From an uncultured cyanobacterium (lineage in GTDB: Bacteria > Cyanobacteriota > Cyanobacteriia > Cyanobacteriales > CAWCAG01): 64,000 nt of DNA. Positions 1 to 10,718 of this stretch are shown here, one piece after another; within the stretch, counting starts at the first letter, position 1; the number at the start of each line of letters is the position of its first letter. The translations under genes were made by a program, and so were the position numbers. The DNA is taken from NCBI GenBank assembly GCA_963803805.1, contig CAWDOD010000003.1, positions 96,001 through 160,000 on the forward strand, written 5' to 3'. A model generated the notes under the pieces. It saw only the letters and a list, made by a program, of their open reading frames with translations, ran no database searches and was not told the origin of the DNA.

Positions 1-1638
1 TTTTTCACTAATTCCAGCTTGTCTTGCTACGACATAAACGTCTTTTATTTTACTCATTTTTCTAAGCTGAGTAATTGTCTCTAAACTAACTTCTGTTTCA
101 AAAGGAGAATAAATTTGTTTAGCTATACTTTTTCTTTTCTTTAGTAAAGTAGAAGAGTACTTTTGAATAGTAAGTAACTCTTCTACACTCATTCTCCAAC
201 CATCTTTAAATTTTGGATTCTTTTCTGGTTGAGGATTATCTAAACCAATGTATAGTTGTCTATGACCAAAAACGGGGATAGTTAATTTATCATCTAAGAA
301 AATAGCATCTTTTTTTGTTTTGTTAGCGATCCAGTCATAAAGAAGATTTTCTTTTTGTTCTTTGTGTAGCAAATACATTCCTTGCTCAATATAAGCCTCG
401 GAAATTTGCCAGTTGCTAATGTCGAGTTTCCTTAACCAATCGTCGCTGATAGGTAGTAAAAGAACTACTACCAGAAGAAAACAAATCAATCTATTTTCTT
501 GGTACAAAATCTCCATAGCAACACTAGCTATAATTCCCCAAATCAGACTACTAGCCATCAAATATTTATATTCGTTCCCATGGGGAGGCGTGATGGTTAA
601 GAAAATGTACATCAAAGCTGTAGCAGCTAATATGGCGATGGCCACAACTATCTTTTTTCTGTGATACCATAAAATTGATCTCGCTTTTGGTTTGCCAAGA
701 AAAATAATTGTTAATGGCAATAGAGTAAAGCAGTATTTAATGTTTTTGTTGATTAAGCTTTTCCAAGCAAAGGTTAGAGATATTGAGCTACTACTTTTAG
801 CAGCAGATATGTAGTGAATGTAAGGATATAAAAGTAAGCTTGCTGCTAAAATAATTAAAAAAGTTGTTATAATTTTGTATTTAGATAATTGCCATTCTTG
901 AACATAAAGGCTACCCCAAACAAAACTGTAACTTACTATTTGTGCTAACCATAGCAAAGGATAGAAAAATCCTGACCCCAAAACAGAAAAAAACAAGAAA
1001 ATATAATTAAGTTTGAGTTGTTTTTGTTGAGAAAAGATTGATATTAAAGCATAAATAAATAAGGCAAAACATAAAATACCTAAAGGCATGGCATTTACGT
1101 TTGTAAATTTAATACCTATAACAGCACGAGGTTCAGAAATAGAAATATGAGTTAAATAACTGAAAAACTCAGTAATGCCTCCTCGACTAAAAAAGGTGAC
1201 TCCAAAGATAGAGAGAAAGACAGCAAATATCGCAGCAATACGGCTCAAAAAAAGAAGATAAGCTGTTTTAAATATTAAAATTATAGTCAATAATAAGCTA
1301 ATAATATTGAGTAAGGCAAAGACGGTAGGAGGAGTTACTTGTAAAACCTGACTGATCACTGCAACTAATAAGTGGACTCCCCAAGGATAAAGTAAATCTT
1401 CTCCTGCTATTAAAGGGTTTTCTGGTGGAAAAATCCCGTTAGCTATTTGGTAAACAAAGCTTGTGTGCATGAAACCATGGGCAGAATAAACGCGGTTGTA
1501 GGGATTAAGCAGATAAATTATAGTTGTTGGTAGTAGCCCAAAGAGTAATAAAAATAAGTTATTAATCTCTATTTTTAGCAACCAAAATAGAGATGCTGTC
1601 AAGGTAATACTAAGGGAAAAACACCACAAAATACCCAT
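1..1638 (-). CDS. Polytopic membrane protein, possibly GT-C-like; 3' end lies outside the window
   Basis: Not in the ORF track because it runs off the edge. ATG at 1638 reads MGILWCFSLSITLTASLFW...HGFMHTSFVYQIANGIFPPENPLIAGEDLLYPWGVH. The same frame is open near position 1 (...LTIPVFGHRQLYIGLD...). Many hydrophobic segments; AT-rich DNA. Confidence 0.75.
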   Translation of the reverse strand, partial: MGILWCFSLSITLTASLFWLLKIEINNLFLLLFGLLPTTIIYLLNPYNRVYSAHGFMHTSFVYQIANGIFPPENPLIAGEDLLYPWGVHLLVAVISQVLQVTPPTVFALLNIISLLLTIILIFKTAYLLFLSRIAAIFAVFLSIFGVTFFSRGGITEFFSYLTHISISEPRAVIGIKFTNVNAMPLGILCFALFIYALISIFSQQKQLKLNYIFLFFSVLGSGFFYPLLWLAQIVSYSFVWGSLYVQEWQLSKYKIITTFLIILAASLLLYPYIHYISAAKSSSSISLTFAWKSLINKNIKYCFTLLPLTIIFLGKPKARSILWYHRKKIVVAIAILAATALMYIFLTITPPHGNEYKYLMASSLIWGIIASVAMEILYQENRLICFLLVVVLLLPISDDWLRKLDISNWQISEAYIEQGMYLLHKEQKENLLYDWIANKTKKDAIFLDDKLTIPVFGHRQLYIGLDNPQPEKNPKFKDGWRMSVEELLTIQKYSSTLLKKRKSIAKQIYSPFETEVSLETITQLRKMSKIKDVYVVARQAGISEK

Positions 1639-1685
1639 GGCTACACTACCCCTGAAATGAAGTAAACAACTATCAATAGTTGGTA

Positions 1686-2630
1686 TTATTCATAAATATC
1701 AAGTAAAAACTTTGGTTTAATAGTCGTAATTACATAACCAGTAAAAATCAATCCTACTGAAGCAAAAATAATAGGTAAAGCAAAGGGAAAATAGAGCAAA
1801 TGTATAGGTTTATGGACAAAAATTTTTCCTACTCGTTGATAGAAAACTTGCCATTTCCCCCTAATTCCTGACATAGGATCATCCTTGGCTAAAGGAATTT
1901 TGCTAGGGGATAATAGACGTTTTTGCCAGTAATAATCGTGACCAATTAAAAGGAAACGCCAGAAAAAGTGAGATAATCCTTCCGGGGGGGCATGGGTAGC
2001 CCTAGCTAGGGGTTGTTGCCAAATGGTATAACCAGAATCAAGTAAATTGTAGGCGTGGATGACGCAATTACCACGATAGAGAGGAAGTTCTGTGGGAATA
2101 GGATTTTGGAGGAGAAATTCTCTACTAAAAGCAACATTATTAAGAAAATATTGCTTAGTTGAGGTTAAGTGTTTTTGTTCAGAATATTGGGGAAAAATAT
2201 AAGTTAGTGCCATGGCTGTACCATAAGCCCCTTTTCCCCTAGTGGTGGTTTCTCCTGCTACTACTTCAAGTTCTTTGTTTTGCTTGAAAGTTATCAGGAT
2301 TTTTTCTAACCAATCCTGTTCATATATGCAATCCGAATCACAATAAATTAAAATCTCTCCTGTAGCTAATTGCGCCCCTAACATTTTTGCTTTATAGTAA
2401 CTAGTTCCTAATGGTACTGACTCGACAGTAATCCAAGGATATTTTTCACAAAGTTGCTTCAATAGTTGGGGTGGAACATCGCCGCTTTCCAGGAGTAAAA
2501 TTTCATTAGCTTCCGTTGGGGAAACACTTTGCTTAACCAAAGAAGCTAAGGATTTATCTAAATCATCAATATCAGCATTAGCTAAGTTTTCTGTTTCCAA
2601 AACCAAAGAAAAACTTGGTAGCTGCTGCAT
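1686..2630 (-). CDS. Glycosyltransferase family 2
   Basis: DSD motif (YCDSDCIY) and a C-terminal TM helix. Start moved to ATG 2630 (MQQLPSF), which has a GAGGAG RBS and overlaps the hpnP stop (TAATG). Confidence 0.85.
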   Translation of the reverse strand: MQQLPSFSLVLETENLANADIDDLDKSLASLVKQSVSPTEANEILLLESGDVPPQLLKQLCEKYPWITVESVPLGTSYYKAKMLGAQLATGEILIYCDSDCIYEQDWLEKILITFKQNKELEVVAGETTTRGKGAYGTAMALTYIFPQYSEQKHLTSTKQYFLNNVAFSREFLLQNPIPTELPLYRGNCVIHAYNLLDSGYTIWQQPLARATHAPPEGLSHFFWRFLLIGHDYYWQKRLLSPSKIPLAKDDPMSGIRGKWQVFYQRVGKIFVHKPIHLLYFPFALPIIFASVGLIFTGYVITTIKPKFLLDIYE

Positions 2631-4306
2631 TAAGTACTCCTCGAATAATTGAGTAACAAGTAATAGGTAATCGGTAATAAGTAAGTAAGAATAATTTTCA
2701 GTTTTTGAGAGTAAAAAGATGCTGACTCTTGCCCTACAGAACATTCTTTCGCAAATTTGATTAGGTGATGTGCCACTAAACCAATGTGAATTAAAGGTTC
2801 GATTTTACCCTTTTTTAAGGCTGGCCAAGCCATATTCCAAAAGCTTTGGCGATAGTCACCTAATACACCAACCTTAAACAGAATATTGCTAAGCATGGTT
2901 AAACCTTTGCCGATATTCGCCTTAGAAGTACGGGCAGGGCTATTAGGAACTTTAATACGATTAGCATAGGTATGTTGGCATTGGTAGGCAAAGCGTTGAT
3001 ATAAAAATTCTGGTTCGTAAGCTTCTGTAATACAACGTTGCCACATACCTAGTACTTCTTGGTAGGGCATCAAGAATTCAATATTAGACTCCCGTTTCTC
3101 ATCAAATACCAATCTTCCTTCCGCTTCCAATCTTCGCCAAAGAGGAGTTCTCGGTAAAGCGTAGAGTAAGTTGATGGTTAACATGGGAATTTGAGAAAGG
3201 CGAATAAAATCTAGAATCTGATCTGCTGTTTCTGGGGTATCGGTATCAAAGCCAATGATAATTCCTGATACCACTTCCATACCATAACTGTTGAGGATTT
3301 TAATCGCTTCCAAAATTGGCATACTGAGGTTTTGGGTTTTGGCAATGGAATGAAGTGCTTCTGGATTAGGGGTTTCAATGCCGCAAAAGATGGTACAGAA
3401 GTAAGCTTCTCGCATCATCTCTAATAGTTTAGGACTTTGGGCTAAATTTAAGGTCGCCTCACAAGCAAATTGGAGAGGATAGCCGTTGCGTTTTTGCCAG
3501 TCAATGAGGTGAGGAAGAAGTTCTGCAATGGCTCGACGATTACCAACAAAGTTATCATCAACAAAGTAGACTGCCCCTGGATTACCAAACTCTAACATCG
3601 CATCCAATTCAGCTAACAGTTGTTGAGGAGTTTTTAGGCGTGGGTTACGCCCGTAAAGTTCAGGAATATCACAAAACTCACAACGGTAAGGACAACCACT
3701 GGAAAATTGAACGTTGGCTAGGAAGTACTGGTTAAGATTAAGGAGATGGTAAGCGGGAGTGGGGAATTCTTGGAGAGGTAGGCGTTTTTGGGTCGTAAAA
3801 CGAATTTGCTGAGGCGGACGTTGAATATTTTCATCTAAATACCCAAGCATTTGGTCTGTTGCATCCCCTAACTCCCCTAGATGCAAAATATCAAAGTTAG
3901 GGTAGTATTCTGGACAGCCAGAAACTGAAGGGCCACCAAGGATAGTTATTTTTCCGGCTTGGTGGGCGAGGTCATTGATACGATTAATCTGAGGGCGTTG
4001 AATGTGCATTCCGCTGACGATAACCGCATCAGCCCATTGATAATCTTGAGGGGCGGCAGGACAAATGTTCTCATCAATAAAACGGACTTCCCATTCTTGA
4101 GGAAGATAAGCCGCCACCACCAAAATTCCTTGAGGGGGCATAAACGCTTTAACATTCCTTCCCATTAAGGAGTAGGCATGATGAAATGTACCGAAGGAAT
4201 GACTGTAGGGGGGAAAGACACAGAGAATACGCCGCCGATGGCGAGGAATATAGAATTTTCTGATTTGGGAAATTTGTTTAATCTCTTTTTCCCTTACGAT
4301 GGCCAT
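2630..4306 (-). CDS. hpnP: B12-binding radical SAM hopanoid C-2 methylase
   Basis: CPYRCEFC radical SAM motif. RILCVFPPYSHSFGTF, AFMPPQGILVVAAYLP, SGMHIQR, GELGDAT and DIPELYGRNPRLK match HpnP as recalled. Confidence 0.85.
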   Translation of the reverse strand: MAIVREKEIKQISQIRKFYIPRHRRRILCVFPPYSHSFGTFHHAYSLMGRNVKAFMPPQGILVVAAYLPQEWEVRFIDENICPAAPQDYQWADAVIVSGMHIQRPQINRINDLAHQAGKITILGGPSVSGCPEYYPNFDILHLGELGDATDQMLGYLDENIQRPPQQIRFTTQKRLPLQEFPTPAYHLLNLNQYFLANVQFSSGCPYRCEFCDIPELYGRNPRLKTPQQLLAELDAMLEFGNPGAVYFVDDNFVGNRRAIAELLPHLIDWQKRNGYPLQFACEATLNLAQSPKLLEMMREAYFCTIFCGIETPNPEALHSIAKTQNLSMPILEAIKILNSYGMEVVSGIIIGFDTDTPETADQILDFIRLSQIPMLTINLLYALPRTPLWRRLEAEGRLVFDEKRESNIEFLMPYQEVLGMWQRCITEAYEPEFLYQRFAYQCQHTYANRIKVPNSPARTSKANIGKGLTMLSNILFKVGVLGDYRQSFWNMAWPALKKGKIEPLIHIGLVAHHLIKFAKECSVGQESASFYSQKLKIILTYLLPITYYLLLNYSRST

Positions 4307-4386
4307 AAGGAATCCCTTATTTCAAAGATACACCTAAGTTAAAATATACCGTCATATTAGGTCAAAGGGAAATAAGGCCATCAGTC

Positions 4387-5198
4387 ATGAAAAGTAATTA
4401 CCAATTTAACTATTATTTTCAAGGACAACCTGGCCCAATTCCTATTCTTTTTCTCCACGGCTTTATGGGTAATGGTAGGGTTTTTCAACCTGCTATTTCT
4501 CTTCTTGAAGACCAGTCTTTTTGTTTAGCAGTTGACTTACCAGGACATGGAAAAACTAAGGTTTTAGAAAAAGATGAAGGTTATTCTATGGCTAATACAG
4601 CTTTAGGTATCAAGAAGTTATTAAATAAGCTAAATATTAAGCAGGTTTATTTAGTTGGCTATTCGATGGGAGGAAGATTAGCTTTATATACTGGCCCTAA
4701 ACTTTCCTCACTACTTCCCTAAAGTGGTTTTAGAATCTGCTTCTCCTGGTTTAAAATCTTCAGCCCAAAGAGAAGCAAGAATCAAACATGATCGCCAATT
4801 AGCTAAAGAGTTAGTTCAAGGGGATTTTGCCGAATTTGTAACTCGTTGGTATCAAAATCCTTTATTTGATTCTTTAGCTAAACACCCTGACTTCTCGCAA
4901 TTAAGAGCAACAAGATTAAAGAACAATCCCCTTGAATTAGCTAAATCTCTACAATATTTAGGTACAGGAAATCAACCTTCTTTATGCCCAACTTCCTAAT
5001 CACAAAAAGCCTTTACTTTTATTAGTAGGAGAGGGGGATGCCAAATTCCAAAAAATCAATCAACAAATGGCTAATCTCTGCCCCACTGCCCAGCTAGAAA
5101 TAATTCCCAACTGCGGTCACAACATCCACTTCGAGAATCTAGAACTATTTGTTGATCGCATTACAAAGTTTTTGAACCTATATGAAAATGGGGGTTAA
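4387..5198 (+). pseudogene. menH: SHCHC synthase (alpha/beta hydrolase) split by two frameshifts at ~4690 and ~4987
   Basis: Frame A: FLHGFMG...GYSMGGRLALY. Frame B: LALNFPHYFPKVVLESASPGL...GTGNQPSL. Frame C: QLPNHKKPLLLLVGEGDAKF...CGHNIHFEN, stop at 5198. Confidence 0.8.
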
Positions 5199-5234
5199 GG
5201 AATGAGGAAAAAACCATTACCGATTACCTAGTTT

Positions 5235-5606
5235 TTACTCCCAAGAGTCCAAATCAAGGGCCTTAGAACCTCCCTTTTCTAGTTGCTGCAAAAGTTTGCC
5301 CAACTGAGTCCAAATTAGCCCGCCGATTAAGACAGTGAAAAAAAGAGAAATGCCATAGGATAGCCAGGCTTCAAATCCAAAAATTTCTACTCCAGCAGCT
5401 AGGAAGATACAAACTCCGGCACAGATACCGAAATAGGGCAAAAATAACTGAAAACCTTGTAAATCCGCTAAAGTATTACTTTGACGATCCTTAGACCAGT
5501 CCTGCACTTTTTCTTTGAGGGTGCTTTCAAAAGCTACGCCGCTAGTCATACCAGCAAATAAACCAAAAACAAGTAAAAAATAGGGTGGTTCAGGGAAAAA
5601 GTACAT
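5235..5606 (-). CDS. Conserved cyanobacterial membrane protein
   Basis: 123 aa, three hydrophobic segments, PEPPYFLL N-terminus; directly downstream of the ABC1 kinase gene. Confidence 0.75.
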   Translation of the reverse strand: MYFFPEPPYFLLVFGLFAGMTSGVAFESTLKEKVQDWSKDRQSNTLADLQGFQLFLPYFGICAGVCIFLAAGVEIFGFEAWLSYGISLFFTVLIGGLIWTQLGKLLQQLEKGGSKALDLDSWE

Positions 5607-5637
5607 AGATTGTTATATTTAATTAGTTTTTTTGGCT

Positions 5638-7338
5638 CTATTTCACCGCTGTAGGGATTAAAGCCGTTACTCTCTCAGCAGAGATATCTCTCAAAGCGCT
5701 GAGAGCAACATTAAATAATTTACCTGGTTTTAGGTCATCTTTAACTAAATTCCATAACCTCTGTACTTCTTCGGTATGGAGTTGGTCATCTTCTACTAAG
5801 GCTAGTATGAGTTGATCCCGTAGGTAACGTCCTTCTTCAGACATGAGGTACTGCAAACCTAGTTGGGCTGTAGGTATTAGATCAAACTTATGATCAGAAC
5901 GGGCGATCACAATCATATTCTCTAAACGTTCCCATTGAAATTTCCCATCTTTGAATAAAACTTCCATTAACCTACGTCTTAACCCTGGAGAATTTCCCGT
6001 TAGTAATTGGCGAGAAATATAGGGATAGGCAACCTCAACAATTTTGAAGTTGGGGTCTAAACTGAGGGCTAAGCCTTCTTGAGTGACTAGGGAACGAATA
6101 ATTAGAGCAAATTTAGCTGGAACTCGGAAAGGATACTCATACATCAACTCGGAAAAGTCATCGGTGATGGTTTTGAAGTTGAAGTTTCCTACACTTTCTC
6201 CCATGGCATTACCCAACACCCTTTCTAAGGCAGGGACAATGGGGATGATATTAACATCAGGAGTTAAGAAGCCTAATTGGATATAATCTTGAGCCAAAGC
6301 ATAGTAGTCTTTGTTAATCAAGTGAACTACCGAAACAGCTAGGGTTTCTTTAGTGATTTCATCTAATTGATCCATCATACCAAAGTCGATGAAAGCCATG
6401 CGCCCATCGTAGGTAGCAAAGAGGTTGCCGGGATGAGGATCAGCATGGAAAAAACCATGTTCCAATAATTGACGCAAGCCAGAAGTTACACCAATTTTAA
6501 TAAAACTTTGGGGATCTAAACCCGCCGCCTCTATTTTGGCAGTATCCGTTAATTTAAAGCCGTCGATCCACTCTAAAGTTAAAACGTGGGTATTTGTATA
6601 ACGCCAGTAAATTGCTGGCACTTTAACATCTGGATCATCAGCAAAGTTAGTAGCAAACTTTTCGGCATTGCGGGCTTCGTTAATATAGTCAATCTCTTCA
6701 AACAGTTTCTTGCCAAACTCATCCACGATTAAGGTAAGATCATGACCTAAATTCAGGGGCAACCAAGGTGCGAACCAACTGGCAGCCCAACGCATGAGGT
6801 AGAGATCAAGGGTTAGAGTGGGTAAAAGATTGGGTCTTTGTACCTTAACAGCAACTTTCTCACCTGTATGTAAAATGCCACAATAAACCTGGGCTAAACT
6901 CGCCGCCGCCACAGGATGAGGAGATATTTCTCGGTAAGCTTCTGCAATACTTCGCCCTAATTCTGATTCTATTTGGGCAAAAGCTATCTCATTAGGAAAA
7001 GGAGGTAATTGATCTTGCAGTTTAATTAATTCTTCTAAAAAATTTTTACGAATTAAGTCTGGTCTTGTAGAGAGTGCCTGACCTACCTTAATAAAAGTTG
7101 GCCCTAAATCCGTGAGAATTTGCCGTAGTTGGATTGACCTTCTAAGCTTGTTTTGTTCTTCAGTGCCAAACCATTTATCCCATTGCAGACCAAAAACAAA
7201 TTGACCAAAAAGCCAGATGATAGTTAAAGTTCGCCAAATAACCAGCCAAGGTCGATAACGATATTTCTGGGCTATTTTCTTAGCATCATAGTGTTGGCGC
7301 TGTTGTTGTTGAGAAGAAACTGTTTGATGTTGACTCAC
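5638..7338 (-). CDS. AarF/UbiB (ABC1) family atypical kinase
   Basis: LGPTFIKVGQ, AAASLAQV, VAVKVQRP, FFHADPHPGN, DFGM motifs. Confidence 0.92.
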   Translation of the reverse strand: MSQHQTVSSQQQQRQHYDAKKIAQKYRYRPWLVIWRTLTIIWLFGQFVFGLQWDKWFGTEEQNKLRRSIQLRQILTDLGPTFIKVGQALSTRPDLIRKNFLEELIKLQDQLPPFPNEIAFAQIESELGRSIAEAYREISPHPVAAASLAQVYCGILHTGEKVAVKVQRPNLLPTLTLDLYLMRWAASWFAPWLPLNLGHDLTLIVDEFGKKLFEEIDYINEARNAEKFATNFADDPDVKVPAIYWRYTNTHVLTLEWIDGFKLTDTAKIEAAGLDPQSFIKIGVTSGLRQLLEHGFFHADPHPGNLFATYDGRMAFIDFGMMDQLDEITKETLAVSVVHLINKDYYALAQDYIQLGFLTPDVNIIPIVPALERVLGNAMGESVGNFNFKTITDDFSELMYEYPFRVPAKFALIIRSLVTQEGLALSLDPNFKIVEVAYPYISRQLLTGNSPGLRRRLMEVLFKDGKFQWERLENMIVIARSDHKFDLIPTAQLGLQYLMSEEGRYLRDQLILALVEDDQLHTEEVQRLWNLVKDDLKPGKLFNVALSALRDISAERVTALIPTAVK

Positions 7339-7533
7339 GAATCTTCTGGAGCCTCTCTTTACTAAATAATATTTAATTAAATTTTACTTTTAGTATACAA
7401 GATTTAGTATACAAAATTACACAATTCTGCTATCAGAGTAAAATAATGCCAACTTAATGATGCTATAACTGCATACTGTCCCAATCTTCTACTTATTCTG
7501 ATAGCCTGCTTTCTCATTTATAAATATAGACGC

Positions 7534-7558
7534 TACAATATATAAATACTTTTGTACT
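7534..7558 (+). promoter_or_regulatory. Putative recA -10 box (TACAAT, 7534-7539) and cyanobacterial LexA box (AATACTTTTGTACT, 7545-7558)
   Basis: One mismatch to the cyanobacterial consensus RGTAC-N3-DGTWCB; lies just downstream of a -10 hexamer and upstream of recA. Confidence 0.6.
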
Positions 7559-7743
7559 AATAGACCCTTGTTTCTAAACCCCTCGACTGCTACCAATATT
7601 GGAGGAATGTTTACAATAAAAAAGGTTTTCCTAAATAACATAGCTTCGGTAAGGTTAAATACAAAGTAACTAGTTTCAGTAGCACAGCAACAGACGACTA
7701 GATTTAATAAAGAGAAATTAACTAAACACTTCTTGAGGCGCTA

Positions 7744-8877
7744 ATGGCTGCGACAACAATCACCAACAACCCCGATAAGGAAAAAGCACTCGGCTTAGTA
7801 TTACAGCAAATTGAGCGTAACTTTGGTAAAGGTTCAATTATGCGCTTAGGAGATGCTACCCGCATGAGGGTAGAAACAACTTCTACTGGTGCATTAACTT
7901 TGGATTTAGCCCTTGGGGGCGGTTTGCCGAAAGGAAGAGTTATTGAAATTTATGGACCAGAAAGTGCTGGTAAAACAACTTTAGCTCTCCATGCCTTAGC
8001 AGAGATACAAAAATCTGGTGGGGTAGCTGCTTTTGTTGATGCAGAACACGCCCTTGATCCTGTCTACTCTGCGGCTTTGGGAGTAGATATTGAAAATTTG
8101 TTGGTTTCTCAACCCGATACCGGAGAATCTGCTTTAGAAATTGTCGATCAGCTAGTACGTTCCTCCGCAGTAGATATTGTGGTTATAGACTCTGTAGCTG
8201 CTTTAGTTCCCCGCGCAGAAATTGAAGGAGAAATGGGAGATACTCAAGTAGGTTTGCAAGCTCGTTTGATGAGTAAGGCACTACGGAAAATTGCTGGTAA
8301 TATTGGTAAATCAGGCTGTACGGTTATTTTCCTCAACCAACTCCGACAAAAGATTGGTATTACTTACGGTAGTCCTGATGTTACTACAGGAGGCAATGCT
8401 CTTAAGTTTTATGCTTCTGTACGCTTAGATATTCGTCGCATACAAACCCTCAAAAGAGGCACTGAAGGGGAATATGGTATCCGGGCAAAAGTTAAGGTAG
8501 CTAAAAATAAGGTTGCTCCCCCTTTCCGTATTGCTGAATTTGATATTATTTTTGGTCAAGGTATTTCTAGTGTCGGCTGTCTTTTAGATTTAGCTGAACA
8601 AACTGATGTGGTGGTACGTAAAGGTGCTTGGTACAGTTATAAGGGAGAGAATATTGCTCAAGGGCGAGATAATGCCGTTAAGCACTTAGAAGATAATCCT
8701 GAAATTGCTTTGGAAGTTGAGCAACAGGTACGGGAAAAATTGGATATGGGGGCAGTTGTTTCTGCTAATTCCGTTAAACCTTTAGAAACCGAATCTAGTT
8801 CTGAGACAAATGGTTCTAGTTCTAGTAAAAGGGGCAGGAAGTCTAAGAAATCTGGTGATAGCGACTCTGAGGAGTAA
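7744..8877 (+). CDS. recA: Recombinase RecA
   Basis: GPESAGKTT Walker [34 protein letters not shown]. Confidence 0.99.
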   Translation: MAATTITNNPDKEKALGLVLQQIERNFGKGSIMRLGDATRMRVETTSTGALTLDLALGGGLPKGRVIEIYGPESAGKTTLALHALAEIQKSGGVAAFVDAEHALDPVYSAALGVDIENLLVSQPDTGESALEIVDQLVRSSAVDIVVIDSVAALVPRAEIEGEMGDTQVGLQARLMSKALRKIAGNIGKSGCTVIFLNQLRQKIGITYGSPDVTTGGNALKFYASVRLDIRRIQTLKRGTEGEYGIRAKVKVAKNKVAPPFRIAEFDIIFGQGISSVGCLLDLAEQTDVVVRKGAWYSYKGENIAQGRDNAVKHLEDNPEIALEVEQQVREKLDMGAVVSANSVKPLETESSSETNGSSSSKRGRKSKKSGDSDSEE

Positions 8878-8900
8878 TGGCTAGTTGCAATTGCAGTTGT

Positions 8901-8942
8901 CTTGGGGTGGTTTGGAAAAAAATAAAATCACCTCAAATTTTT
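8901..8942 (+). terminator. Putative recA terminator
   Basis: TTGGGGTGGTTT...AAATCACCTCAA stem (with G-U pairs) followed by a T run. Confidence 0.5.
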
Positions 8943-9667
8943 ATACGTTTTTCTTCCTTGACATGATATTATGTAAATGGTGAAAAAGGTGCGTCCTTAA
9001 AAACAGTTTTTCAAAGTAATTTTGCTCTTCGATAATTCTTTGCTTTTAAATGAACCCTTCTTTGTCCTGGATAGGTTAGGGCGAGTTAAGGAATGCGACA
9101 TTGATTCATCAGTAGAATTGCCACCCCAATCATTTTCTCCAGTTATAGGTTTTCAGAATTTAAAGGTGTCCAAACTTGTTGCGCAGTTCCTTAGCTGAAA
9201 AAGTTGCATTTGTCAAAAAAACTTTTAAAATTGCCTTAAAATTTGTTCGTCCAGACAATTTTTAAAACTAAGATTTTGAGGAGCAATATTACTGCAATCA
9301 ACGCTTTATCTAGATTGTAGGGATAGAGATTTGAGTTTTGGACATAACAATGGCATTATGATTTTCTTGTTTTTCTATTAAACCACACAAATACGTCCTT
9401 TGGAGAAACTTTTAGGCCTTGACATTTTTTAAGTTGAAGTTGTGTAACTTCAAAAGATTTAATAGCCAGCTTAGTTTAGTTAAACTATTGCTTATGCTAT
9501 TTACTTAACAATCATTCTCCCTTCAGAATAATAAAAACCAGAGGATGAAAAAAGCGAACTATCGTGTAATAATAATCCGACTGAAGAACATCCCAGCTTA
9601 ATTGAGATAGTCTTCTTTACCAATGGATAATTGTCAATTATTACGTCACCTCCAGACCTAACCCTTC

Positions 9668-10699
9668 ATGGTTCAAACTGCTCCTTCCCCCAACGAAATT
9701 GTTGAAGCCTTAGAAACTCCTGTAGACTTTAGCTTCGACCTTCCCGATCCAGAAGATGAAGAAATTGAAGAATTTGATTTTCAACAGCAATTAGATGTGG
9801 CTTGGAAGGTTTGCGAACGCTTTGATTTGCAAACGGATATTTGGCGAGGGAGAATTTTACGCTCTATACGCGATCGCGAGAAAAAAGGCGGCGAAGGGAG
9901 AGGGGAAGGTTTTATTAATTGGTTGAAGCAGCGAGAGTTTACCAAAAGTCAGGCTTACTCTTTGATTCAACTAGCTAATAGTGCCGATACCCTTTTAGAA
10001 GAAGGACAACTTGATCCTGAAGCAATTAATAATTTCAGTAAGCGGGCTTTTGTGGAAACAGCAAAATCTGCTCCGGAAGTACAGAAGTTAGTTAGCGAAG
10101 CCGCACAACAAGGGGAACATATTACCCGCCGGGAAGTTAAGCAACTTTCAGATCAATGGACGGCGATGAGTTCGGATTTGCTGCCGGAGGAAGCAAAAGA
10201 AAAAGCTGCCGAAGGTTCTCTTCCTCCTCGTCACCTTGCCCCTTTGGTTAAGGAGATGGAAAAGTTACCGGATTTGCACCTCAAAGAAATTCAAAGAGAG
10301 ATTGCGGCTAGTCCAGAGGTTGACACAGTAAAAACTTTAACCACCGATGCCCGGAATTTAGCTAAATACCTTGATGCGGCAGCCCAGGTGCAAACTTTAA
10401 ATAGAGCTTCTGTTGACTTAGAATTAGCTTTAGAAGAAGCATTGCGTTTAGATTGCTTAAATACAGCAGCAGACTTGGTTAAACAAGCTACCAACCTTGA
10501 ACAAACAGTTGCTAAGTTATTCACCACCTGGAAACGTTTAGGCAACCTTGCAGATCGTTTATATGTAGATACAGGAGCGAGTAATCCTCACCTGCGATCG
10601 CTCCTTACTTGTTTAGAAACCTTAACTAATGAAGTGATTGAGGTGCATTTAGATGATGCGGGGGATAATATAGTTCGGTTACGGGTTATGGATGAGTAG
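9668..10699 (+). CDS. Conserved cyanobacterial hypothetical protein
   Basis: 343 aa helical ORF containing ERFDLQTDIWRGRILR; function not recognised. Confidence 0.75.
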   Translation: MVQTAPSPNEIVEALETPVDFSFDLPDPEDEEIEEFDFQQQLDVAWKVCERFDLQTDIWRGRILRSIRDREKKGGEGRGEGFINWLKQREFTKSQAYSLIQLANSADTLLEEGQLDPEAINNFSKRAFVETAKSAPEVQKLVSEAAQQGEHITRREVKQLSDQWTAMSSDLLPEEAKEKAAEGSLPPRHLAPLVKEMEKLPDLHLKEIQREIAASPEVDTVKTLTTDARNLAKYLDAAAQVQTLNRASVDLELALEEALRLDCLNTAADLVKQATNLEQTVAKLFTTWKRLGNLADRLYVDTGASNPHLRSLLTCLETLTNEVIEVHLDDAGDNIVRLRVMDE

Positions 10700-10718
10700 G
10701 GGTAAAAGTAATAAGTAA

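Noticed and set aside
413..664. 83-aa plus-strand ORF
   Set aside because: Antisense shadow of the long minus-strand membrane protein gene (1-1638).
2631..2744. Extended N-termini in the ORF track (GT2, also YggT, WecB, avtA, the PgtA-like GT4)
   Set aside because: The extensions run through repeats or overlap neighbouring features; downstream ATGs fit family starts better.
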